Assembly: GCA_046331505.1 (NCBI GenBank)
Contig: JAXLQT010000008.1
Coordinates: forward strand, 150,969-214,968
Reading direction: 5' to 3'
Length of the DNA stretch: 64,000 nt
From: Acidobacteriota bacterium
Lineage (GTDB): Bacteria; Acidobacteriota; Vicinamibacteria; JAXLQT01
The notes under the pieces were generated by a model. The model was not told where the DNA came from. It saw only the letters and a program-made list of their open reading frames with translations, and searched no databases. A program made the translations under genes and the position numbers. Below are positions 1-9,232 of this stretch, piece by piece (position 1 is the first letter of the stretch; the number at the start of each line of letters is the position of its first letter).

Positions 1-103
1 CGTGTACGGCGCGTACCGCAAGCTCAAGATGCTCACCGGCGGGCGCGCCCTCCTGGCGGAAGATTCGTAGTCGTCGTAGGTTGAAGGACACGAAGGAGCT
101 GTC

Positions 104-1681
104 ATGAAGCTAGCCCTCATCGAGATCACCTGCCCGGACATCAGGGCGTACGGCGTGCGTTGCCTGTCCTCGTACTTGCAATCGCGCGGTCACGACGTTC
201 GCCTGCTGTTCCTTCCGCCGGGGATGGAGATGCTGCGCCACGAGACCGGGATCGTCCCCGACTACGAACAGGACCTGCTCGACCAGGCCGCGGAGGTCCT
301 GAAGGACCGCGACATGGTCGGCGTGTCGTTCATGACCTACTACTTCTGGCGCGCGACCCAGCTCGCCGACTTCCTGAAGAAGAAGCTCAAGGTGCCCGTG
401 ATCTCGGGCGGCGTCCACTCGACGGTGCGCACGGAGGAATGCCTCGAGACCTTCGACTTCGCGGCCCAGGGCGAGTCCGAGGAGACGCTGGCCGAGCTCT
501 GCGACGCGATGGATGCCGGCAAGGATCCCACGAAGACTCTCGGCTTCTGGTTCAAGAAGCCGAACGGCGACGTCATCCGCAATCCCATGGGTCGTCTGGT
601 GCAGAACATCGAGGACCTCGGGTATCCCGACTGGCACCTCAAGGACCACTGGTCGTTCTTCCACGACACGAAGACGATCAAGCGGCTCGACGACGAGAAC
701 GTGAAGGAGTTCTTCCGCGACGGCCCGCTCCAGCCGATGGGCGACTTCTACCACTACAAGACGATGGGGAGCCGCGGCTGCCCGCACAACTGCTCCTACT
801 GCTGCGTGTCGACCTACCGCGAGGCCTACGAGAAGCAGCGCTTCCTGCGGTGGCGCCCGATGGACAACTTCATCGGCGAGCTCGAGCAGATCAAGAAGCG
901 CTTCCCCTATATCAACGCCTTCGGCTTCTTCGACGACGCCTTCTTCTCCACTTCGGTGAAGAAGATCAAGGAGTTCGCAGATCTCTACAAGGAGCGGATC
1001 GGCTTGCCGTTCGCCGTGCAGACGAGCCCGACGACGACCACCGAGGAGAAGCTCGATCTCGTCTACAACGCCGGCATGCGCTACATCGAGATGGGGATCC
1101 AGACGGGATCGACGCGCATCAAGGAGCGCTACGACCGGAACTTCCCCAACGAGCGCGTCGTCGCCGCGGCGACCTACATCAACAAGTACAAGGGCAAGAT
1201 CCTGCCGCCCGACTACCACCTGATGCTCGACAACCCGTGGGAGACGCCGGAAGACGTGAAGGACACGCTGGACCTGATGCTGAAGCTCCCGCGTCCCTTC
1301 ATGCTGAAGCCGTCCTCGCTCGTGCTCTATCCCGGCACCGGCGTCCACCAGGCCGCCGTCGAGGAGGGAATCGTCAAGGACGAGAAGGCGCAGGTCTACC
1401 GGAAGGCGTTCGGCGCGCCGCACGCCACGTGGCTCAACTACCTGATCCTGATCTCGGGCAATCCGATGGTGCCGCGGCCGATGATCCGCTTCCTCGCGAA
1501 GGACGTCTTCGTGAAGATGCTCCAGAAGGAGCAGTACACCAAGCAGATCGGGACGCTTCGCGAGAGGACCGAGCTGCTCTTCAAGGCGGGCCGCGGCTTC
1601 CAGATGCTCTTCAAGGGCGATTTCGGGCGGCTCTACCGGCGCCTCTTCGCCCAGCGCGCGATCGAGCACGCTCGCTACTAG
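104..1681 (+). CDS. B12-binding domain / radical SAM protein (class B rSAM-like, 525 aa)
   Basis: Intact 525-aa ORF. The N-terminal region looks like a cobalamin-binding Rossmann fold and is followed by the radical SAM cluster motif GCPHNCSYCC (CxxxCxxC). Confidence 0.9.
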   Translation: MKLALIEITCPDIRAYGVRCLSSYLQSRGHDVRLLFLPPGMEMLRHETGIVPDYEQDLLDQAAEVLKDRDMVGVSFMTYYFWRATQLADFLKKKLKVPVISGGVHSTVRTEECLETFDFAAQGESEETLAELCDAMDAGKDPTKTLGFWFKKPNGDVIRNPMGRLVQNIEDLGYPDWHLKDHWSFFHDTKTIKRLDDENVKEFFRDGPLQPMGDFYHYKTMGSRGCPHNCSYCCVSTYREAYEKQRFLRWRPMDNFIGELEQIKKRFPYINAFGFFDDAFFSTSVKKIKEFADLYKERIGLPFAVQTSPTTTTEEKLDLVYNAGMRYIEMGIQTGSTRIKERYDRNFPNERVVAAATYINKYKGKILPPDYHLMLDNPWETPEDVKDTLDLMLKLPRPFMLKPSSLVLYPGTGVHQAAVEEGIVKDEKAQVYRKAFGAPHATWLNYLILISGNPMVPRPMIRFLAKDVFVKMLQKEQYTKQIGTLRERTELLFKAGRGFQMLFKGDFGRLYRRLFAQRAIEHARY

Positions 1682-1739
1682 TCCCGCCAATCTCGTCATC
1701 GCCGACACCCGTCCCGCGGAGCACAGCTTCCGGGACGAG

Positions 1740-2651
1740 GTGCTCGCGGGGCTCTCGCGGGCGCGGAAGGAGATCCCGCCCCGCTTCTTCTACGACGAGG
1801 CGGGATCGAAGCTCTTCGACGAGATCTGCGAGCTCCCCGAGTACTACCCGCCGCGCGTCGAGATCGGCATCCTGACCTCGCGCCTTCACGAGCTCGCCGC
1901 GCGGGTCGTGCCCGGGGCGTCGGTGATCGGATTCGGCAGCGCGAGGGCCCGGAAGGTCCGGCTGCTGCTCGATGCCCTGCGCGAGCCCGCCGGCTACGCC
2001 GCGATCGACATCTCGCGCGAGGAGCTTCTCTCGTCGTGCCGCGCCCTGGCCCAGGACGAACCGCGCATCCGCGTCGTCGCCATGTGGGCCGACTACATGG
2101 AGCCCCTCGACGTCTCCGTGCTGGCGCCGCTTCCCGATCCGAGGATCGTCTTCTTCCCCGGATCGACGATCGGCAACCTCCATCCGGAGGAGGCGCTCGC
2201 CTTCCTAAAGCGGATCGCGCGCGTCGCAGGTCCCGGGGGGCGGCTCGTGCTCGGCGCGGACCTCGTGAAGGACCCGGCCGTCCTCCACGCCGCCTACAAC
2301 GACGCCCGTGGCGTCACCGCTGCCTTCAACCGGAACGTCCTCGCGCGCGCCAATCGCGAGCTGTCGGCGGAGTTCGATCTCGGAGAGTTCGAGCACCGCG
2401 CCTTCTACGACGCGGGCAGGGCCCGGATCGAGATGCACCTCGTGAGCCGGCGCGCGCAGAGCGTGGTGGTCGCCGGGCGGACCTTTGCGTTCGCGGAAGG
2501 CGAGACGATCCTCACCGAGTGCTCGTACAAGTACACCGTCGACGGGATGCGGGACTTCGCGCGCCTGGCGGGGTTTCTCCCCTGCGACGTCTGGGTCGAC
2601 GAGCGCCGCTGGTTCTCGGTCCACGATCTCGTCGTCGCCGCGTCGCGTTGA
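1740..2651 (+). CDS. EgtD-family SAM-dependent N-methyltransferase (histidine N-alpha-methyltransferase-like, Methyltransf_33)
   Basis: The motif PPRFFYDEAGSKLFDEICELPEYYPPRVE matches the EgtD / OvoA-C-terminal family signature. The track start is a GTG at 1740. The family N-terminus suggests the true start may be a few codons upstream, but there is no canonical start codon between 1683 and 1739. Confidence 0.8.
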   Translation: MLAGLSRARKEIPPRFFYDEAGSKLFDEICELPEYYPPRVEIGILTSRLHELAARVVPGASVIGFGSARARKVRLLLDALREPAGYAAIDISREELLSSCRALAQDEPRIRVVAMWADYMEPLDVSVLAPLPDPRIVFFPGSTIGNLHPEEALAFLKRIARVAGPGGRLVLGADLVKDPAVLHAAYNDARGVTAAFNRNVLARANRELSAEFDLGEFEHRAFYDAGRARIEMHLVSRRAQSVVVAGRTFAFAEGETILTECSYKYTVDGMRDFARLAGFLPCDVWVDERRWFSVHDLVVAASR

Positions 2652-2689
2652 GCCGGAGGCCGGGCGATCGTGCGGCTATACTTCGTTCG

Positions 2690-3085
2690 ATGGGAAAGCC
2701 GCTGCGCGACATCGTGATCGTCAGCGTCGAGGAGCTCGAAGCCAGCGTGAAGGCTCTGTTCGACACGGGATCCTTCTATTCGATCGTGAGGGATGACAGG
2801 TTGCCGCGAGGCGCGGCGATCCTCCGCTACAAGACGCCCCGTACGATGCGGGCCGCGTCGAAGGGGAGCGTGCTCACGACCGAGGGCGAGATCACGCTCG
2901 TGCTCCGGATCGGGGACAAGCAGGTGAACGATGTCGCGCTCGTCTCCTCGTCGCTCTCCCAGGAGATGATCGTCGGTGCCGGGACGATGCAGAAGTGGGA
3001 CATCAGCATCGTGAGCACCAATGGCCACACCGACGTGGTCGTGGGCCACGACATGCGGGATCCCGACATCACCGAGGTCGATTGA
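2690..3085 (+). CDS. retropepsin-like aspartic endopeptidase (clan AA, single-domain, ~131 aa)
   Basis: ATG at 2690 lies inside the larger spurious ORF 2036..3085. The catalytic motif LFDTGSFYSIV (D-T-G-S) is present, and the C-terminal GAGTMQKWDISIV resembles the retropepsin flap/dimer region. Confidence 0.6.
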   Translation: MGKPLRDIVIVSVEELEASVKALFDTGSFYSIVRDDRLPRGAAILRYKTPRTMRAASKGSVLTTEGEITLVLRIGDKQVNDVALVSSSLSQEMIVGAGTMQKWDISIVSTNGHTDVVVGHDMRDPDITEVD

Positions 3086-3150
3086 CGCCGCCGGGGGGCT
3101 CCTCTCGCGAGGTCGAGGCGGCCTCGCCAGCGGCGACCCTTCGCCCCTCG

Positions 3151-3495
3151 CTGCTCCAGTCGCTTCGCTTCGGGCTCTCACGGCGCTGTCCGCGGTGCGG
3201 GCAGGGTGAGCTCTACCGCGCAGCCATGACCCTCGCGAGCAGGTGTCCCGCGTGCGGCATGAAGTACGTGGAGAGCGAAGGCGATCCGTGGGCGTTCTTC
3301 CTCATCGTCGATCGGATCGCCTTCGTGGTGCCGGCCATCGTCGGTCTGTACCTGGGGTTCCTGTCCGAGGGCCGCGTCGATCGCGTCCTCCTGTGCGCGA
3401 GCCTGGCGCTGCTGCTGATCGTCACGACGCCGCACCGTTACGGGATGTCCGTGGCGCTCGACTACCTGGTTCGCCGCGCCACCGGCGGCATCTGA
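3151..3495 (+). CDS. DUF983-like zinc-ribbon membrane protein
   Basis: A CPRCGQG...CPACGMKY zinc ribbon is followed by two hydrophobic helices, the DUF983 pattern. The start is uncertain: there is no ATG/GTG/TTG in frame between 3088 and 3180. Either CTG 3151 is used or the gene overlaps the protease gene (in-frame ATG at 2995). Confidence 0.5.
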   Translation: MLQSLRFGLSRRCPRCGQGELYRAAMTLASRCPACGMKYVESEGDPWAFFLIVDRIAFVVPAIVGLYLGFLSEGRVDRVLLCASLALLLIVTTPHRYGMSVALDYLVRRATGGI

Positions 3496-3527
3496 TCCGC
3501 GCACGGTGCGTGCGAGAGAATAGGGGC

Positions 3528-4941
3528 ATGCGGACGACGTGGGTCGCCTGGCTCGTGCCGCTGCTGCCGGCCTTCGCTTCGGCGGGCGAAGCGGGGATCG
3601 GTCCCGGCGGTTCGGGCGCCGCGCTCGCGTCCGGTCTTCACTCGGACGGCAAGTGGATCCGCGACGATGCGGGGCGCGTCGCGCTCCTGCGCGGGATGAG
3701 CTACTCGGGCCTCGAGTTCGGCAACTTCCCGGGTGATCAGAACGGCCCCGAGGAGGCGGACTTCGCGCAGATGGAGAGCTGGGGTGTGGACGTCGTGCGC
3801 GTCCCGATCGCGTGGAGCTACCTCGAACCGGCGCCAAACGCATTCGACGAGTCCTATCTCACGGATCACGTCGATCCCGTCGTGGGCTGGGCTGCCGCGC
3901 ACGGCATCGGCGTCGTCTTCGACATGCACCAGTACCTCTGGTCCGAGTGCGTCGGCGGGCTGGGCGCGCCCGGCTGGAGCTGCGACGGCTCCCGGTACCC
4001 GCCGCCGCCGCTCGGGGCGTTCTACGCGCAGGCCGACTTCTGGAACAACGCCTTCGGCCCCGATGGGAGGCCCCTTCTTTACCATCTCCTCGACGCCTGG
4101 TCGCTCGTCGCGCGCCACTACGCGGCGGCGAGCGCGGTGATCGGCTTCGACCTCTTCAACGAGCCGTTCGGCATGCCGCAGACCGGAACGTTCGAGCACG
4201 AGCGACTCTACCCGTTCTACCGGAAGGCCATCGGGCGGATCCGCGCCGAAGGCGCGCTGCAGACGATCTTCCTCGAGCCCCCGATCACGCGGAACGCCGG
4301 CGTCCGCGCCCACCCGGAGCCGGTGGGCGATGCCGACATCGTCTACGCCCCTCACCTCTACACCGAGACCTGGGGAGATCCCAGTCGCAAGTACGACAGG
4401 GACCGCGCCGCCGTCGACTCCGACTACGCCCAGTCCGTCGACGAGGCGGCCGAGCAGGGCGCCGTCCTGTTCGCGGGGAGCTCGGGGGCAGCACCGATCC
4501 GGCCAACGGGTTCCTGGCCTCGACCGAGCTCTTCCTGCGCCACAGCGCCGAGGAGCAAGAAGAGCGGCGCGTCGGGGGCGCCTTCTGGGCCTACTTCCCC
4601 GGCGACAACGTCTTCTCGATCGTGGACGCGGACGGTCACGAGAAGGAGAGCTCGTGGACCTCTTCTCCCGTCCTTACCCCGCGCGCACCGCTGGGATTCC
4701 CCACGCCATCCTCTACGACCCGGACCTGCACGATCTCCGCTACTGGTTCCTCGAGGATCCCCAGCGCGCAATACCCGATCCCACGGTCATCTACGTGCCG
4801 ATCGCGCGCCACTACGGCGCCGTCCTCGTGGAGGTCTCGCCGGGCGACACCGCGATCGTCGATGCGGCGCGAAGCCGCGTCCTCGTCTCCCGCGACCGAT
4901 CGTCGCGGCGCCACTTCGTCCACCTGCGTCCGGCACCGTGA
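3528..4941 (+). pseudogene. glycoside hydrolase family 5 (cellulase/endoglycoceramidase-like), secreted; interrupted by two -1 frameshifts
   Basis: RBS and ATG at 3528 precede a signal peptide. The GH5 acid/base motif LFNEP is present. The nucleophile motif FAGELGG is only recovered by shifting frame at a G-run near 4473, and the C-terminal beta-sandwich is only recovered by a second shift near 4645. The product is continuous across three frames and ends at TGA 4939-4941. Confidence 0.7.
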
Positions 4942-4943
4942 TC

Positions 4944-5951
4944 GTGTGGCGCGCCGGCCAGGTCGTGGGCGTCGCCGCCCTCATCGTGCTCCTCGTCGGG
5001 CTCGTCGCGGCGCCGATGCCGACGCGGATCCTGTTCTGGAACGTCGTCGTCCCGATCCTGCCGCTGACGTTCCTCGTGAGCCCGATGATCTGGCGCAACC
5101 TCTGCCCGCTCGCCACGCTCAACGTCGTCGGCGGAGGGCGCCGCGTGCTCCGGGCGGACGCGATTCCGGCGGCGAGCGCCGCGGGGATCCTGCTCCTCCT
5201 GGTGATGGTGGCGCTCCGCCGGATCGTCTTCAACCAGAACGGTCCCCTGCTCGAGATCGTGCTCGCGCTGGTCGTGCTGTCCGCGCTGGTGTCGGGACTC
5301 TTCTTCTCGGTGAAGGCGGGGTTCTGCAACTCCGTCTGCCCCGTACTCCCGGTGGAGCGACTGTACGGGCAGCATCCGGCGATCCACCTTCCGAACCCTC
5401 GCTGCCGGCCGTGCACGCTCTGCACCGAGCGCGGCTGCATCGACCTCGAGCCGACCCTCGCCATGCCCCAGGCGCTCGGACCGGGACGTCGCACGCGGGC
5501 CTGGCTCGGGAGCGCCGACGGGATCTTCGCCGCGTCGTTCCCGGGCTTCGTCCTCGGCTACGGCTTGACGGCGGACGTGCCGTTCATGGGCCCCGGAAAC
5601 GTCCTCGCGCGCCTCCTGCTCTGGCCCGCGGTGAGCTACGCGGCCGTTGCGTTGCTGGTGGTGCTGACGCGCGCGAGCTCCCGCGCCGCGACGACGCTGT
5701 GCGGCGGAGCAGCCGTGGCGATCTACTACTGGTTCGCGGCTCCGGTGATGGCTTGGGCCGTCGGCGCGCCCCGATCGGGATTCGCATTCCGCGCGGCCTT
5801 CCTGGCCGTCGTCGCGCTGTGGCTGGCGCGCGCGATCGTGCGGCTCCCTCGTTACGGGCGCCCCTCCCTCGATGCGGAGGCGGCCGTCGTTGCTGGCATC
5901 GGCGGCGTTCGCCGGGTCCTAACCAGCTCGCAGCACGATCCAGGCCGCTGA
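4944..5951 (+). CDS. 4Fe-4S ferredoxin-type polytopic membrane protein (NapH/MauN-like)
   Basis: GTG at 4938 or 4944 follows the GH5 stop directly. Several TM helices and the Cys clusters CNSVCPVLP and CRPCTLCTERGC (CxxCxxC..C) are present. The large ORF 3243..5951 is a composite, not a single gene. Confidence 0.5.
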   Translation: MWRAGQVVGVAALIVLLVGLVAAPMPTRILFWNVVVPILPLTFLVSPMIWRNLCPLATLNVVGGGRRVLRADAIPAASAAGILLLLVMVALRRIVFNQNGPLLEIVLALVVLSALVSGLFFSVKAGFCNSVCPVLPVERLYGQHPAIHLPNPRCRPCTLCTERGCIDLEPTLAMPQALGPGRRTRAWLGSADGIFAASFPGFVLGYGLTADVPFMGPGNVLARLLLWPAVSYAAVALLVVLTRASSRAATTLCGGAAVAIYYWFAAPVMAWAVGAPRSGFAFRAAFLAVVALWLARAIVRLPRYGRPSLDAEAAVVAGIGGVRRVLTSSQHDPGR

Positions 5952-7151
5952 GCCGCCCGCCGCGAGCGACGAGACCAGAACGGTTCGCGCCGGGGGCGGC
6001 GGCGCGCCCTCCCACGGGCGCATGCCGCAGGCAGGGTCGATGATCCCGAGCCCCTGACAAGGCGCGATCGCCACGCCGCGCGCCGCCAGGGCGGCTGCCG
6101 CCAGGAACGCGCCGCCGTACTCCCCGAGGAGGGCCTTGGGCGTCAGGATCGGCGGGAGCGCATCTTCGCCGAAGACGGACCTGAGCGTCCGTGCTTCCAG
6201 GCGATCGCCTGCGATCGATCCCGACGCGCCGGATACGACGCGGTCGATCCCGCCGAGCGCGATTCCCGCGCGACCGAGCCCGCGCAGGAGCGTCCGCGCG
6301 AAGGCTTCGTGGCCGTGTCCCCAGCTCACGGGAGTCGCGGTTCCATCGAAACCCGAGATCCAGGCAGCGAGCTCGGCATGGATCGGCGCGCCGCGCGCGA
6401 TCGCGCTCGACGCGCTCTCCAGCACGAGGATCGTCGCGCCTTCCGCCATCAGGAAGCCGTCGCGGCGCGCGTCGAAGGGCCGCGCCGCCTCGATCGCTCC
6501 ATCGCGGGGGCGGGCGAGGGCCCGGAAGCGATCCGAGAGCGCGTGCAGGAGCGGCGCGCACTCCTCCACGGCTCCGGCGAGCGCCACGCTGGTCCGTCCC
6601 GCGGCGACATCCGCCGCGGCGCGGGAGAGCGCGATCAGCGCGCCGCTCTCGCGCTGCGTCACCGTGACGTTGGGGCCGCGCGCGCCGATCGCGATCGCCA
6701 CCTGGGCGGCGGGCGCATTGGCGACGGACTCCGAGAAGAGGAACGGAGAGGCCGCCTGCGGCCCATCGAGGAGGATCGCACGCATCAGCGCGGCGGCATG
6801 GGCGACGGCTCCGAACGAGGTCGACAGGTAGACGCCCAGGTCGTCGCGCGGGTGGGGTGTGGCGATGCCCGCGTCCTCGCACGCGGCTCCAGCCGCGGCC
6901 ACCGCGAACCGGGAGAGAGCGCACATCCGGCGCGCGGCCGCCGACGGGACCCAGCGGTCGGGGGTTCCCACCGGAACGAGGAGCGCGCGCTCGGCGCCGC
7001 CCTGGGGATGGTACGCGGCCGATCGATCGATCGGCGCGGTCCGCGCGTCTTCGGATGCGAGCGCGCGTGCGACCCCGTCGAGGCCCGCGCCGTGCGCGCC
7101 GATCGTCCCGATGCCCGGGACGACCACCCGCTCAGGCACGTTCGTCGTCAC
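5919..7151 (-). CDS. beta-ketoacyl synthase family protein (KS-like partner / chain-length-factor-like)
   Basis: KAS-family fold along the whole length. It overlaps the upstream KAS gene by 20 nt (translational coupling). No obvious active-site Cys-containing SACxSG motif, consistent with a KS-beta/CLF-like partner. Confidence 0.75.
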   Translation of the reverse strand: MTTNVPERVVVPGIGTIGAHGAGLDGVARALASEDARTAPIDRSAAYHPQGGAERALLVPVGTPDRWVPSAAARRMCALSRFAVAAAGAACEDAGIATPHPRDDLGVYLSTSFGAVAHAAALMRAILLDGPQAASPFLFSESVANAPAAQVAIAIGARGPNVTVTQRESGALIALSRAAADVAAGRTSVALAGAVEECAPLLHALSDRFRALARPRDGAIEAARPFDARRDGFLMAEGATILVLESASSAIARGAPIHAELAAWISGFDGTATPVSWGHGHEAFARTLLRGLGRAGIALGGIDRVVSGASGSIAGDRLEARTLRSVFGEDALPPILTPKALLGEYGGAFLAAAALAARGVAIAPCQGLGIIDPACGMRPWEGAPPPPARTVLVSSLAAGGSAAWIVLRAG

Positions 7152-8355
7152 CGATCGAAAACACGATCGCCGCGTTGGATCCTCCGAACGCGAGATTCGT
7201 GGAGAGCGCGGACCGGCAGCCCGGGACCGCGAGCGGACGGCCGGTGACCAGGCGAAGCGGCGTGGCGGGATCGACGGCGTCGGGCCCTGGGGTCGGATGG
7301 ACCTCCCGCGCGACGAGGCAGAGCACGGTCACGACGGCCTCGATGGCTCCCGCCGATCCAAGGAGATGGCCCACAGCGCCCTTCGTCGCCGTTGCGGGGA
7401 TCGTCGAGGCGCGATCGCCGAACACCGCCGCGAGCGCCCGCCACTCGGCCGCGTCGTTGTGAGGCGTCCCGGTGCCGTGGAGGTTGACGAAGGCGATCGC
7501 GGCGGGAGGAAGCCCCGCTGCGGCCAGCGCTTCGCGGATCGCGCGCGCCGCTCCGGCGCCGTCGGGCGCCGGTGCCGTCATGTGGTGGGCGTCGCAGGTG
7601 GAGCCGGTCCCGGCCACCCAGGCGAGCGGCACCTTGCCGCGCGCCCGGACGTGCTCGGCGCTCTCCAGGACCAGGGCTCCTGCGCCCTCTCCGAGAGAGA
7701 GTCCCGCCCGATCGGCGCGAAAGGGCCGGCAGCTACGGGGATCGACGGCCCGCAGCGCGTTGAATCCCGCGTAGGTGAGCTGGCACAGGGAGTCGGCGCC
7801 GCCCGCGATCGCAACGTCGACCTCGCCCGCGTCGATCGCCTGGGCTGCCGCCGCGATCGCCAGGGCGCCGGACGTGCATGCGGAGGAGAGCGTCACGACC
7901 GGTCCGCTCGCTCCGAACGCCCGCGCCACGGCGTCGCCGGGCCCGTCGTGCTGCTGCGCCGCGAGGAGCGACGGGCAGGGCCGTCCCGGGACGGCGCCGA
8001 TGAGCCGCGCGAAGTAGAGCTCCGACTCCCAGAATCCTCCCGTGCTCGAGCCGAAGAAGACGCCGGTCTGCGCGTCGAGGCGCCGCGGGTCGATGCGGGC
8101 CGCGAGCAGCGCCTCGAGAGACGCCGCGAGCGCGAAGCGATCGGCGAGCGTGACGCGACCGGGCCGTGGTCCCAGGAGATCGCGCGGCACCGCCTCGTGG
8201 ACCTGCGCCGCGATCCGGGTGCGATGGCGCGACGCATCGAACCGATCCAGGGGACCGATGCAGGTGCGGGCCCCCCAGAGCCCGTCGCGCAGCGCCTGCA
8301 CGCCGAGCCCGAAACCGGATACCGCTCCGACGCCCGTCACCGCCACGGGCTTCAT
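7132..8355 (-). CDS. 3-oxoacyl-ACP synthase II-like (FabF/KS-alpha type)
   Basis: ATG at 8355 with a GAGGAG RBS (start MKPVAVTGVG). Active-site motif SSACTSG, the His motifs HMTAP and HGTGT, and the C-terminal GHLLGSAG are present. Confidence 0.85.
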   Translation of the reverse strand: MKPVAVTGVGAVSGFGLGVQALRDGLWGARTCIGPLDRFDASRHRTRIAAQVHEAVPRDLLGPRPGRVTLADRFALAASLEALLAARIDPRRLDAQTGVFFGSSTGGFWESELYFARLIGAVPGRPCPSLLAAQQHDGPGDAVARAFGASGPVVTLSSACTSGALAIAAAAQAIDAGEVDVAIAGGADSLCQLTYAGFNALRAVDPRSCRPFRADRAGLSLGEGAGALVLESAEHVRARGKVPLAWVAGTGSTCDAHHMTAPAPDGAGAARAIREALAAAGLPPAAIAFVNLHGTGTPHNDAAEWRALAAVFGDRASTIPATATKGAVGHLLGSAGAIEAVVTVLCLVAREVHPTPGPDAVDPATPLRLVTGRPLAVPGCRSALSTNLAFGGSNAAIVFSIGDDERA

Positions 8356-8362
8356 CGTCTCC

Positions 8363-8752
8363 TCAGCAGGTCGAGTGGAACAGGCCGCCCGCGCGCTCGC
8401 CAGCAAGAACGAGGCGGTTGTAGAGCTCCACGGCCTCCCGCGTCTCGAGGACGTGGACCGGGATCCCGATCTCCCGCAGGTGCGCGAGCGTCTCGGGGCA
8501 GGTCTGGAGCACGAGCTCCATTCCGCGCGAGAGGACGATGACCTCGGCTCCCTGCTCGCAGAGCTCCCGCACGTCCGCGATCTGGATGCCCGGGACGTGG
8601 CGTGTGCCCGTCTCCCCCCAATCCCATCGACGACCTCCGCCTGGCCAGAGCTTCATGTCCTTTCCGAGAGCCAGCCCGGCGACATCCATCTTTCCCCACT
8701 CGACGTGGAGGATCTGAGGCGACCGCCCGCGCTCGTCCATCGGGACCATCAT
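8363..8752 (-). CDS. Mth938-like domain protein (DUF498 family)
   Basis: 129 aa. The C-terminal ...REAVELYNRLVLAGERAGGLFHSTC matches the Mth938-like family ending LHxTC. Confidence 0.7.
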   Translation of the reverse strand: MMVPMDERGRSPQILHVEWGKMDVAGLALGKDMKLWPGGGRRWDWGETGTRHVPGIQIADVRELCEQGAEVIVLSRGMELVLQTCPETLAHLREIGIPVHVLETREAVELYNRLVLAGERAGGLFHSTC

Positions 8753-8796
8753 AGCCTCCGGCGCTGCGGCGATACCGCGTGCTGACCGGAACCGAT

Positions 8797-8818
8797 CTGT
8801 ATACGATTTCGTATACAG
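8797..8818. promoter_or_regulatory. perfect inverted repeat CTGTATACGA-TT-TCGTATACAG; putative GntR-family operator
   Basis: A 10-2-10 perfect palindrome that is AT-rich in a >70% GC background. It sits 20 nt upstream of the GntR start and resembles the TGTATAC half-sites of GntR/YtrA-type operators. Confidence 0.55.
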
Positions 8819-8837
8819 TTGGCAGAGGCAGGATCTC

Positions 8838-9230
8838 GTGCAGGTCGTGATCGACAGAGAGTCGGAGGAGCCCGTCTACGCTCAGGTGGCGCGCCGGTTG
8901 CGGGAGCTCTGTAGCGACGGGCGGCTCGCTCCAGGAGCGGCGTTGCCCGCCGTGCGCACGCTTGCCTCGGATCTCGGCGTGAACCTCAACACGGTGGCGC
9001 GTGCCTACCGGCTGCTCGCGGACGAGGGGTTCCTGACGATCCGCGGCCGCTCCGGTGTGGAGGTCGCGGCTCCTGCGCGACGCGCGGCCAGCACGGATGC
9101 GATCGAGCCCCACCTGCGCGACCTGCGGATCGCGCTCGCGCGGCTCCGGCAGTCGGGGATCGACGAGAAGAGGATGCGGGCGATCACGGACCGGGAGATC
9201 GGCCTGCTCTTCGAGGAACGGAAGGGTTGA
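8838..9230 (+). CDS. GntR-family transcriptional regulator (short YhcF/YtrA-like, HTH only)
   Basis: GTG start. HTH segment LPAVRTLASDLGVNLNTVARAYRLL. 130 aa. Confidence 0.8.
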   Translation: MQVVIDRESEEPVYAQVARRLRELCSDGRLAPGAALPAVRTLASDLGVNLNTVARAYRLLADEGFLTIRGRSGVEVAAPARRAASTDAIEPHLRDLRIALARLRQSGIDEKRMRAITDREIGLLFEERKG

Positions 9231-9232
9231 CC

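Noticed and set aside
110-1708. 532-aa ORF on the minus strand, exactly antisense to the radical SAM gene
   Set aside because: It is Arg/Ala/Gly/Leu/Val-rich low-complexity translation, typical of antisense frames in >70% GC DNA. The plus strand carries an unmistakable CxxxCxxC radical SAM protein. The same reasoning rejects 5584..6924(-), 9005..10882(-), 14363..15967(-), 18034..20385(-), 20036..21061(-), 21122..21964(-), 25321..26304(-), 26301..27566(-), 46949..48997(-), 59048..60451(-) and the many 60-350-aa Arg/Pro-rich ORFs listed in the track.
2036-3085. 349-aa ORF
   Set aside because: The first about 650 nt are Arg/Pro-rich and overlap the methyltransferase gene out of frame. Only the last 131 codons (from ATG 2690) form the aspartic protease.
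3243-5951. 902-aa single ORF
   Set aside because: It is a composite. An out-of-frame stretch over the DUF983 tail, the 5' two-thirds of the GH5 gene (true start ATG 3528), a frameshifted middle and a separate FeS membrane protein (4944..5951) merely share an open frame.
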